Shown here piece by piece: positions 35,960-45,302 of a stretch of 64,000 nucleotides of DNA. Under the pieces are notes generated by a model that saw nothing but the letters and a program-made list of their open reading frames with translations, searched no databases and had not been told where the DNA came from. How positions within the stretch are numbered: position 1 is the stretch's first letter; the number at the start of each line of letters is the position of its first letter. The position numbers and the translations under genes are program-made. The DNA is from Smithellaceae bacterium (lineage in GTDB: Bacteria > Desulfobacterota > Syntrophia > Syntrophales > Smithellaceae): NCBI GenBank assembly GCA_963667845.2, contig CAXXVL010000002.1, forward strand, positions 1,632,001-1,696,000. The letters are read 5' to 3'.

Positions 35960-38661
35960 ATGAGAGACGACGGAAAAACAAAAGCACAGCTGATTACGGA
36001 ACTTACGTCCCTGCGCCTGCAATATGAAAAAATCAAGGAGCAGGAGGCGAAACTTCGGGCAAGCGAGGAGCGATACAGGAACTTTGTGGAAAATGCCGTT
36101 GCCGGCTGTGCGGAGTACGACCTGAAAGGCCGATGCACCTTCTGTAATGAAGCGGCGTGTGCCCTGGTCGGTTTGACCCGGGAAGAGGCGGATAGGGCCA
36201 GGGATGCCGTGAGAAAAATCCAACGGACCGGCAAAACGGTCAATTTGATCTTTACCCATCTTGTCTGTAAAGACGGCACGACCAAAGTCGTCGAAGCGTC
36301 CATTTCACTGATCCGCGATGCGCAGGGGAAGGCAACGGGGTTTCGGAGTATTACCCGTGATCTGACCGATTGGAAAAAAATTGAAGAAGAACGCGAACGC
36401 TACCGGACCTTCGTGGATAATATTGACGACGGCTGTTATGAGTTTGATCTGGAGGGAAACATCATTTTCTGCAATGAAGGCCTGCCGCGAATCTTCGGTT
36501 ATTCCCGCGAAGAATTTCTAAAACTGGACCGATGGAAAAGACACATTAATCGTGAATACGGCAGACGGGTATTCCGCCTTTATGACCGGATGTATAAAAA
36601 TAATGTCTCTTCCAGCATGCTGGAATACAAGATCCTGCGCAGTGATGCGCAAATTCGCGACTATGAGGCTTCCGTTTCGATCATCCGGAATCAGGTGGGT
36701 CAGGTCATCGGTTACCGCGGTATCGGCCGCGATATCACTCAGCGGAAGAAGATGGAACATGAGCAGCAGCGCTATCGCGAATTTTTTGAAAATGTGGATG
36801 ATGTCTGCGCCGAGTATGATCTGAAAGGCAAGTGCACGTTCTGCAATCAGGCGACCGTTCGGGTTTTCGGCTATTCCAGGGAGGAGCTGATGCGGCTCCG
36901 CCATCATGAACGCTTCCCCAACAAGCAGGAGGCGGAAAAAGTCTTTAACGCCTTTCACGAAATCTACGTTAAGAGGTTGCCCGTTAATATTGTGGTTGCC
37001 GAATTTCTCTGCAAAGACGGCAAAATCAAATCGCTGGAAGCGGCGATGTCGCTGATTCGGGATGCCGACGGCAATCCGATCGGTTTTCGCAGCATCGGCC
37101 GCGATGTGACCGAACGCCGCACGATGGAGCAGGAACTGGCGCGTTATCGTGATTTCATGGAAAGTATCGAAGATTCCTGCGCGGAGTTTGATCTGCGCGG
37201 CCGGTGTACATTCTGCAATGAGGCGGCACACCGGATGCTGGGGTATTCCCGCAAGGAATATTTGCAGTTGCATCATCGTCAGCGTTTCGCCGGTCCGGAA
37301 GATATCCGGCAAGTTTTCGCTACATTTAATGAACTTTACCGGACAGGCGATCCGGCGAAAATTTATACGGTGAACGTATGGTGCAAGGACGGCTCGACCA
37401 AGGCGATCGAATCCATCGTGACGCTGATCCGTGATGCCCGGGGGAACGTGGTGGGTTTCCGCAATATCGGACGGGATATGACGGCGCGGAAGAAAATGGA
37501 GGAGGAGCAGGATCGTTTGCGCGAACAACTGAGCCAGGCGAGAAAAATGGAAGCCATCGGCACCCTGGCTGGCGGTGTCGCACACGATTTTAACAACCTG
37601 TTGATGGGGATTCAGGGCTATACCTCTTTGATGCTGCTCGATACCGATCCGGAGCATCCGCATTTCACGCGGCTCAAGGCCATCGAATCTCATGTCCGCA
37701 GCGGTGCGGATTTAACCCGGCAGCTTCTGGGATATGCCCGCGGCGGACGTTATGAAGTCAAACCGGTCAACCTCAATGATATCGTCGAGAAGTCGGCGGT
37801 TATGTTCGGCAGGACCAAGAAAGAAATCATCATCGAGCAGGATCTGGCCGAAGACCTCTGGATTGTAGATGCGGATCGCGGTCAGATGGAGCAGGTTCTG
37901 CTGAACCTCCTGGTCAATGCGTGGCACGCCATGCCCGGCGGAGGGGAAATTTTCATCAGGACCAGGAACGTTGTGCTGGAAAGGTCTCATGTCCGAAGCC
38001 TGGATGTCGGTCCGGGACCTTATGTGAAACTCACCGTCAAGGACACGGGGTGGGGATGGACGAGATAACCCGGGAACGGCTTTTTGAACCTTTTTTTACG
38101 ACGAAGGAAATGGGCATGATCCGGGGCACCGGCCTGGGGCTGGCTTCAGTTTACGGCATCGTCAAGGGGCATCAGGGTGCGATCAACGTCCAAAGTGAAA
38201 GAGGAAAAGGTGCGACCTTCAATATTTATTTTCCGGCCTCTTTCAAGGAGGTTATTTGTGAACCACAGCCGAAAAAGATAACAAAGCTCGGCCGGGAAAC
38301 GATTTTGCTCGCGGATGATGAAGCGAACATAACGGAAGTGATCGGAGCCATGATCGAGGAGCTGGGATATCAATTGCTGACGGCGGGGAGCGGAGAAGAG
38401 GCCGTGGATGTTTACCTCGCAAATTCCGGACGGATCGATCTGGTCATCATGGACATGATCATGCCGGGCCTCTCCGGCGGAGCGGCTATCGACGCCATCC
38501 GGACGGAAAATCCCGAGGCCCGAATCATCCTGTCCAGCGGGTACAGCCTCGACGGGGAGGCACAGGAGATCCTGAGCCGGGGCGGGAACATCAGCTTTAT
38601 ACAAAAACCATTTGAGCTGACCGATTTGTCGCAAAAGATCCGGGAAGCCCTGGATTCTTAG
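35960..38661 (+). pseudogene. Hybrid sensor kinase (4 PAS-HisKA-HATPase-REC) split by a 1-nt frameshift at ~38047-38050
   Basis: ORF 35948-38068 has 4 PAS, LAGGVAHDFNN, NLLVNA, then KDTG; ORF 37921-38661 continues GVGMD..FEPFFTTK..GTGLGL and a receiver (ADDE, MDMIMP, SSG, KP); one added G fuses them. Confidence 0.85.
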
Positions 38662-38686
38662 CGCCGGTGATTTGCAGGACTGTCTC

Positions 38687-39643
38687 CTACCGGCCCTTAT
38701 AGAGGTATCGCTCAAAGAAGCGATTGTAGGCCGTCCAGTCGGAATCGGCATTGGCGGCATCGGCGGCGACAAAGCTTTGAAAGGCATTGAGCTTGGCGTC
38801 GAGATCGTCCATGAAGTGAATGACCAGCGCTTCCATGGTTTTCGGACGCTTGGGAGATCCGTACTCAAATTCACCGTGATGGCTCAAAATGACGTGACGC
38901 AGCTCAAGAGCCGTCTTTGGCGGGAAATCGGCAATCGCCTCAATTTTTTTGTTGATCATTTCCACTCCCATGACCAGGTGACCGATCATCCGGCCTTCAT
39001 CGCTGTATTCGATCAAGCTGTCATAAGAGAATTCGTAAATCTTGCCGATATCATGCAGCATGCCTCCGGCGATCAGCATGTCGCGGTTGAGGTGGGGATA
39101 ATGCTCGGCTGCCCGGTCGAGTAATCGGACAACCGAAAGCGTATGTTCCAGAAGTCCTCCCAGATAGATGTGATGAAACCCCTTGGCCGCAGGCGCGCGC
39201 CGGAAAAGTTCAGCCGTTTTATCATCATGAAAGAAGGCGGCAAGAAGTTTCCGCACGGGCTCTGACGAAAGGGTATCGATGTAGGCAGTCAAGTCCCGAA
39301 ACATCGCCGCCGTGTCTATTTTACTGACCGGCAGAAAATCCGCCGGATCAACGTCCTCGGGCGCACAAGGCTTAATCGTGACAATCGATATCTGCAGCGT
39401 GTTGCGATAACTGAGAACCCGGCCCTCGATGAAGATGATGTCACCTTTCTTAAAGATGCGATCGAGGTCCACGGCATTGTCCCAGACCTTGCCGTCGATT
39501 TCGCCCGTTTTGTCTTTGAGGCGCACATTCAAGTAGGCTGATCCTTTCTGGGAGAAGGCCATGTTTTTCTCCGCCACCAGAAATGATGAAGCGATTTTGT
39601 CGCCCTGCTTGATGTCCTGAAGATAGATTTCCTTTTTTTTCAA
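38687..39643 (-). CDS. OB-fold/HD-domain 3'-5' exoribonuclease (YhaM/Cbf1 family)
   Basis: N-terminal OB (LKDKTGEI), PAAKGFHH, GGLLEH, LHDIGK, SHHG, DDLDAK. Confidence 0.9.
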   Translation of the reverse strand: MKKKEIYLQDIKQGDKIASSFLVAEKNMAFSQKGSAYLNVRLKDKTGEIDGKVWDNAVDLDRIFKKGDIIFIEGRVLSYRNTLQISIVTIKPCAPEDVDPADFLPVSKIDTAAMFRDLTAYIDTLSSEPVRKLLAAFFHDDKTAELFRRAPAAKGFHHIYLGGLLEHTLSVVRLLDRAAEHYPHLNRDMLIAGGMLHDIGKIYEFSYDSLIEYSDEGRMIGHLVMGVEMINKKIEAIADFPPKTALELRHVILSHHGEFEYGSPKRPKTMEALVIHFMDDLDAKLNAFQSFVAADAANADSDWTAYNRFFERYLYKGR

Positions 39644-39683
39644 ATGAACCGCCTTTCTGTATGATCCGTTTCGATTGTTCGTA

Positions 39684-41597
39684 TCAGATTTTTTCCCGGA
39701 GGATCCGGTGATCTCCCACGCGCACCGTCAGCTTGCTCGCATCAAAATATTCCATGAGCGGGATGATAAATTTGCGCGATAAGCCGGTCAAATCCTTAAA
39801 AGATGCCGGCGTCGCCTGACCGTCCCGGATCAGCTGCGCTTTGTATTCGTCGCGCAATTTCTCCAGCGCGGCGCGCGCGAAACACAGATCTTCGTTGATC
39901 TTGATCAGTTCCCCGTCTTTGAGCATCAACTTGACGATGGTCTGGGCTTTGGCCTTCTGATCTTTAAAAGGACTCAGGACGTCGGAAAGAGACGGCGGCG
40001 CGAGCCCGGCCTGCGCGTAGGTCGCTGCAATGGACTGATGCAAAGCGTCTTCGTCAACCGCCAGCTGCACGTGATGGGAAGCCAGGCGGATATTGTCCTT
40101 ATCGCTCACGATGATTTCCTTTTTGCCGAGGCCGGTAAGAACCATGTTAAAGAGCTTGACCGATACCGTATCGGCAAGTGCGGCTTTGAGTTCCTCCTTG
40201 GAGATTCCCGCCGTTAGAGGATTCTTCTGATGATAGTCGGCAAGACTGCTGGTAATCAGTTCTTCGAGTTGCGTATACAAGCGGGCGGATAAAGACGTTG
40301 CCTCCTCGCTCGAAAGGAGGATAGCCTGATGGCTGGAAAATAATTTCTCCAAAGCGTCGCGAACTTTTTTCACATGGACGCCCGTTCGAAGAGCGAGCGC
40401 CCGGCTCGTAATGCCGCCGAAGCCGGCGCGATCCAGGAGAACCGGGATCTTCTGAGCCAGCGTACCGTCGCGCAGGATCTGCAAGTCCTCCAGGATCTTC
40501 TTGTTCTTTCTTTTGTGTTTGCCGGGCTGGGGGTCGAGAATGAGGCCGCCGCCGATGGTAGTTACCGGCGAGTAGCTGCGCAATACGAAATGATCGCCCG
40601 CGACCACAACATCTTCACTCGCCAGATTAAGCTGGGCAAAGCATTTTTGACCGGGCGACAGCTCATCCGCTTCCAGAAGGACCATGCGTGTCATGATTTC
40701 CGTTGCGCCGGTGTGCAGGCGGACCAGTGCCCTGTTTTTAAGTTTCCGCGTATTGGCGTCCAGGTATTCGAAATAAACATCCAGCCTTTGGGTAGGCCAG
40801 ACGGTCTGCGGGCGCACCAGAACGTTGCCCCGTTCAAGGGTTGATTTTTCAATGCCCTGCAGATTAATGGCGGTTCGCTGGCCGGAGAAAGCCTCCTCAA
40901 CCGGTGCGTTGTGCACCTGGATCCCCCGGATGCGCGCGGAGATGTTTTCCGGAAGAATCTGAATATCCTCACCCACCTTTATCCGGTCGGAAATCAGTGT
41001 GCCCGTCACCACCGTGCCGAACCCCTTCATCGTGAAGATCCTGTCGATCGGCAGGCGGAAAATACCGTCATCGACCTTTTCTGTCAACCTCGCGACGGTG
41101 TTATCCAGGCAGGTGAGCAATTCCTTGACGCCGGTTCCATTGACTGCTGAAACCGGCACGATGGGTGCTCCGGCGAGGAATGTCCCCTGCAGATAATCGG
41201 TAATTTCGGAACGCACCAGGTCTAGCCAGTCCGGTTCCACCAGGTCGGTCTTGGTCAGAGCGACAAGGCCGGTGGTAATTCCGAGCAGCGAGCAGATGTG
41301 CAGATGTTCCTTTGTTTGCGGCATGATGCCTTCGTCTGCGGCAATGACCATCAAAACAAGATCGATGCCCGCCGCGCCGGCGACCATGTGTTTAATGAAT
41401 TTTTCGTGACCGGGCACATCGACGATGCCGAGCGTCGGGCCGGAAGGAAGCCTAAGCGAGGCAAACCCGAGTTCAATCGTGATGCCCCGTTCTTTTTCCT
41501 CTTTGAGACGGTCCGTGTCGATGCCGGTCAGCGCTTTGACAAGCGACGTTTTTCCGTGATCCACGTGACCGGCTGTTCCCAAAACGAAGTGCTGCAT
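39684..41597 (-). CDS. selB: Selenocysteine-specific elongation factor
   Basis: [27 protein letters not shown]-terminal winged helices ending [14 protein letters not shown]...R. Confidence 0.97.
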   Translation of the reverse strand: MQHFVLGTAGHVDHGKTSLVKALTGIDTDRLKEEKERGITIELGFASLRLPSGPTLGIVDVPGHEKFIKHMVAGAAGIDLVLMVIAADEGIMPQTKEHLHICSLLGITTGLVALTKTDLVEPDWLDLVRSEITDYLQGTFLAGAPIVPVSAVNGTGVKELLTCLDNTVARLTEKVDDGIFRLPIDRIFTMKGFGTVVTGTLISDRIKVGEDIQILPENISARIRGIQVHNAPVEEAFSGQRTAINLQGIEKSTLERGNVLVRPQTVWPTQRLDVYFEYLDANTRKLKNRALVRLHTGATEIMTRMVLLEADELSPGQKCFAQLNLASEDVVVAGDHFVLRSYSPVTTIGGGLILDPQPGKHKRKNKKILEDLQILRDGTLAQKIPVLLDRAGFGGITSRALALRTGVHVKKVRDALEKLFSSHQAILLSSEEATSLSARLYTQLEELITSSLADYHQKNPLTAGISKEELKAALADTVSVKLFNMVLTGLGKKEIIVSDKDNIRLASHHVQLAVDEDALHQSIAATYAQAGLAPPSLSDVLSPFKDQKAKAQTIVKLMLKDGELIKINEDLCFARAALEKLRDEYKAQLIRDGQATPASFKDLTGLSRKFIIPLMEYFDASKLTVRVGDHRILREKI

Positions 41598-41759
41598 GTT
41601 TTTCCCCGCTATCTCTTTACCCGTGCTGGATTTGAAATAACAAACTCCCGGTAATTTCACAACACTATATTTCCTAAAGACGCGGGTTTTTTCGGGAAAG
41701 CTGACCGGGGGATTTAATTCTTGAAAATACGATTCGGAATTGTTAGATAGCAGACCAAA

Positions 41760-42188
41760 ATGAGGTGTCTTTTGCGCATCCTGGGTTTAGACTACGGCGA
41801 AAAAAGAATCGGTGCGGCCGTCTGTGATGAACTGGGCATGACCGCTCAGGGGCTCCCGACGCTGATCCGCAAAGCGAAAAAGTACGACCTGGAAATGCTG
41901 GGTCAATGGATTCGGAATTATGCGGTTGAGAAAATAGTGATCGGATATCCCCTGCGGCTGGATGGCTCCGAAGGCATACAGTGTGAGAAGGTTAACCGTT
42001 TCGCCGCTTTGCTGAATAAATCGTTTTCCCTGCCCGTGGTCAAATGGCCGGAGACGATGTCAACGAAAGAAGCTGAAGAGATTTTGATTTCGGCAGGTGT
42101 CCGCTGGCAAAAAAGAAAAGAAAAAGTTGACAGGCTGGCGGCTTGTCTGATTCTTCAAAGCTATCTGGACTCAGCCGATAAGCCATAA
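41760..42188 (+). CDS. ruvX: RuvX/YqgF nuclease
   Basis: LGLDYGEKRIG, IVIGYPL, E-ST, VDRLAA-LILQSYL; start may be TTG 41772. Confidence 0.93.
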   Translation: MRCLLRILGLDYGEKRIGAAVCDELGMTAQGLPTLIRKAKKYDLEMLGQWIRNYAVEKIVIGYPLRLDGSEGIQCEKVNRFAALLNKSFSLPVVKWPETMSTKEAEEILISAGVRWQKRKEKVDRLAACLILQSYLDSADKP

Positions 42189-42250
42189 ATTGGGCAGTTG
42201 AATCCTGCCTCTTGATATTCCGATCAAAGAATAATCACCTGTGATCACGT

Positions 42251-43270
42251 ATGAATGCAAAAATGAAAAGAATTCTGTCTTATAGCGTTTTGCTGCTCTG
42301 TATCGGAGCCGTCATTCTTTGCGCGTGCTTATTGATCTACGCCAGGAAGCCGATTGATACGGCGCAAAACGCCGCTGTCCTGGTCGATATCCCGACGGGC
42401 ACCAGTTTCATCAAGGTGACTGAAATACTCAGCAATGCCGGGCTGGTTGAAAACAGGTTTTTGTTTTGTACCCTGGTCTGGATTAAGAGAGGCACCCGGT
42501 CGATCCGCGCCGGCGAGTACGAGTTCGCCACGTCCATAACGCCTTTCGAAATGATCGACAAACTCATCCGCGGGGATATCAAAACGTATCGCGTGACGAT
42601 TCACGAGGACTACACGCTCAAGGAAGTTGCCGAGCGTCTTAAAGAATACAAGCTGGTCGATGAAAAAGTGTTTTTTGAATTGGCCGGAGATACTGCGTTT
42701 TTATCTTCGCTGGGCGTTGTGGGATCGTCCGCGGAAGGATATCTTTTTCCGGATACCTATTTTTTGAATCGGTCCATGAGTACAAAACAGATTATGCGCA
42801 TGATGGTAGATCGCTTCTGGAGTAAGATTTCAAAGGAGATGATGAATAAAGCGGCGGCCAAAGGATTGAACCCGAATCAATTTGTGACGTTCGCATCTCT
42901 CGTCGGAAAAGAATCGGGGAATACGGCTGAAAAGCCGATGATTGCCGCCGTCTTCTATAACCGGATGAAAAAGGGAATGCCGCTGCAGAGCGACCCCACG
43001 ACTGTCTATGATCTCAAGGATTTCAATGGGAAAGTTCTGCGAAGCCACTACAAAAGAGAATCTCCGTATAACACCTATGTCATAAAGGGATTGCCGCCGG
43101 GGCCCATCGCCAACCCGGGGCTGGACTCTTTTCAGGCAGTTCTCAATCCGGCGGATGCCGACTATCTCTATTTCGTATCCCAAAAAGACGGCACCCACTT
43201 TTTCTCATCATCCCTGGACGCTCATAATAGAGCCGTTCTCCGTTTCCGGAATGTCACAAGCCCTGAATAA
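42251..43270 (+). CDS. mltG: Endolytic transglycosylase MltG
   Basis: EGYLFPDTY, ASLVGKE, LQSDPT, SPYNTY, GLPPGPIANPG, YLYFV. Confidence 0.96.
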   Translation: MNAKMKRILSYSVLLLCIGAVILCACLLIYARKPIDTAQNAAVLVDIPTGTSFIKVTEILSNAGLVENRFLFCTLVWIKRGTRSIRAGEYEFATSITPFEMIDKLIRGDIKTYRVTIHEDYTLKEVAERLKEYKLVDEKVFFELAGDTAFLSSLGVVGSSAEGYLFPDTYFLNRSMSTKQIMRMMVDRFWSKISKEMMNKAAAKGLNPNQFVTFASLVGKESGNTAEKPMIAAVFYNRMKKGMPLQSDPTTVYDLKDFNGKVLRSHYKRESPYNTYVIKGLPPGPIANPGLDSFQAVLNPADADYLYFVSQKDGTHFFSSSLDAHNRAVLRFRNVTSPE

Positions 43271-43494
43271 TGCGGCTGCCCGACGAGCGGCAAATTTCGT
43301 CTTTTCTGCAATTCAATTTGAGTATCCGAAAACGCCAAATTTGGGCCTGCGCTGACTCAACCGGTGGCAGCGAAATGGTCGCCGAAGACACCCCCGGAAG
43401 TCTCCTTTCCGAAACGCCTGTCCGGACCAAAGAACATTTCCCGAATTCCCAGTGATTTTAAGTTAGTTGATTGGGAAAAAGATTCATTTTTCCC

Positions 43495-43523
43495 TTGACA
43501 AAGCTATTTTCCCTCTTTATAGT
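43495..43523 (+). promoter_or_regulatory. dcw cluster sigma70 promoter
   Basis: TTGACA-17 bp-TATAGT. Confidence 0.7.
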
Positions 43524-43530
43524 TAGCCAC

Positions 43531-43554
43531 GTGGAGTAAAGTGGATAAATGTGG
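43531..43554 (+). promoter_or_regulatory. MraZ-binding repeats
   Basis: GTGG at 43531, 43541, 43551 (10-bp period) between promoter and mraZ, matching the known MraZ box arrangement. Confidence 0.8.
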
Positions 43555-43565
43555 AGGGGACTTCG

Positions 43566-44012
43566 ATGTCCGTATTTCGTGGGCAATATCATCACAGCAT
43601 TGACGAAAAGGGAAGGATTATTTTCCCGTCCAAGTTCCGCGATATATTCGCCGAGCAGTATGACAACAAGATGGTCATCACGAACTGGGATGGATATTTA
43701 ATCGTGTTTCCTTACGCCGAGTGGCGGATCATCGAAGAAGAAATATCAAAGAAACGCATCCTGGACAAAAAGTTTCGCGATTTTCAGAGATTCTTTATGT
43801 CCGGGGCAGTGGACTGCAATCTCGACAGTCAGGGGCGGGTGCTGATTCCGCCCACACTGCGGGAATATGCCAGGTTGGAGAAAGACGTTGTTCTGGCCGG
43901 CATGCTGAGAAATATCGAAATCTGGCCCAAGGAAAGATTTGAAGAAAAATTAAAGACGGCCAGTGAAGAAATGGACAGGGACAACGAAATCGCCGCCAGC
44001 CTGGGGATCTGA
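43566..44012 (+). CDS. mraZ: Transcriptional regulator MraZ
   Basis: FRGQY, DEKGR, DSQGRVLIP, IEIW. Confidence 0.97.
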   Translation: MSVFRGQYHHSIDEKGRIIFPSKFRDIFAEQYDNKMVITNWDGYLIVFPYAEWRIIEEEISKKRILDKKFRDFQRFFMSGAVDCNLDSQGRVLIPPTLREYARLEKDVVLAGMLRNIEIWPKERFEEKLKTASEEMDRDNEIAASLGI

Positions 44013-44014
44013 CG

Positions 44015-44950
44015 ATGAGCGCCGCTTTCTCCCATGAGCCGGTGATGCTCGAGGAAGTGCTCTCCTGGCTCGCGGTGAAAAAAGACGGCGTTTACGTGGA
44101 CGGTACGGTAGGCGGGGCAGGGCATGCGCAGGCAATCCTGGAACGGACCGACGGGCGTTTGATCGGACTGGATTGCGACCTCGATGCCCTCAAGGCCGCG
44201 CAAGAGCGGCTGGCTCCTTTCGGATCGCGTGTCTCGCTCGTCCGGGCGAACTTCGCCGAGCTGGCCCAGGTGCTCGAGGATTTGCGTATCGATCATGTGG
44301 ACGGTGTGCTCCTGGACCTGGGGGTTTCATCCCATCAACTGGATGCGGCGCACAGAGGATTCAGTTTCAACCAGGAAGCACCGCTGGATATGCGGATGGA
44401 TCAGGATTCGAAGCTCTCCGCTTATGATGTTGTCAACCATTTCACGCCAACTGAGCTGGAAAAGATCATCAGATTATACGGGGAAGAAAAGATGGCTGGA
44501 AGAATCGCCAGGGCAATATCACGAAAAAGACAAATCTCGCCGATTGAAACAACGGTGGAATTGGCCGGCCTGATCACTTCCGTCATGCCCGGGAGCATGA
44601 AGCATCAGAAGATTCATCCCGCCACGCGGACCTTTCAGGCGCTGCGGATCGCCGTCAACCGGGAACTCGATTGCATCGTTCCGGGGATCGAAGGCGCGAC
44701 CGGCGCTCTGGCGAAAGGCGGCCGTATCGGCATTATTTCCTTTCACTCCCTTGAAGACCGGATCGTTAAAAATACATTCCGTGATTTCGCGGCGACCTGT
44801 GTCTGCCCGAAAGATATTCCTTACTGCGTTTGCGAGAAAAAGGCCGTCCTGAAAGTTTTAACGCGCAAAGCGGTGGTGCCTTCTGCCGAGGAAACCCTGC
44901 AGAACCCGCGTGCCCGCAGCGCAAAGTTGCGCGTGGCGGAAAGGATTTGA
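44015..44950 (+). CDS. rsmH: 16S rRNA m4C1402 methyltransferase
   Basis: HEPVML, DGTVGGAGH, DLGVSS, LDMRMD, FQALRI, FHSLEDR, NPRARSAKLR. Confidence 0.97.
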   Translation: MSAAFSHEPVMLEEVLSWLAVKKDGVYVDGTVGGAGHAQAILERTDGRLIGLDCDLDALKAAQERLAPFGSRVSLVRANFAELAQVLEDLRIDHVDGVLLDLGVSSHQLDAAHRGFSFNQEAPLDMRMDQDSKLSAYDVVNHFTPTELEKIIRLYGEEKMAGRIARAISRKRQISPIETTVELAGLITSVMPGSMKHQKIHPATRTFQALRIAVNRELDCIVPGIEGATGALAKGGRIGIISFHSLEDRIVKNTFRDFAATCVCPKDIPYCVCEKKAVLKVLTRKAVVPSAEETLQNPRARSAKLRVAERI

Positions 44951-44952
44951 AA

Positions 44953-45300
44953 ATGGCGCAAAGCGCAGGAGCCCAGGCAATCCCTCAGAGCAGGCCCGTT
45001 AAAGAAAACGCTGCCGCGTCTTTCGGCGTGAAATACCCGACGTTCATTGTTGTGGCTCTGGTCCTGATGTTTGTCGCGGTGATTTACGTCGGTCTGCATA
45101 TCCGCATGACCAAGATGGAATACGATATTGCCGCAGCACTCTCCGCAAAAGAGCTGCTGCAGGAAGAACAAAAAAGACTGAAGCTGGAAACGGCAATGCT
45201 CAAAGCGCCGCAGAGAATTGAAGACATTGCCAGAAATAAATTGCAGATGTCCTATCCGACGGCGGAGCAGGTGATTGTTATAAAACAAACGGGGAAGTGA
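44953..45300 (+). CDS. ftsL: Cell division protein FtsL
   Basis: Single TM then coiled coil, RIEDIARNKLQM; between rsmH and ftsI. Confidence 0.88.
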   Translation: MAQSAGAQAIPQSRPVKENAAASFGVKYPTFIVVALVLMFVAVIYVGLHIRMTKMEYDIAAALSAKELLQEEQKRLKLETAMLKAPQRIEDIARNKLQMSYPTAEQVIVIKQTGK

Positions 45301-45302
45301 AT

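Noticed and set aside
41598..41759. tRNA-Sec (selC) or RNA element next to selB
   Set aside because: No cloverleaf, T-loop or UCA anticodon arm visible
43271..43494. RNase P RNA or other ncRNA upstream of mraZ
   Set aside because: No GAGGAAAGTCC or other rnpB signature, and the gap is too short
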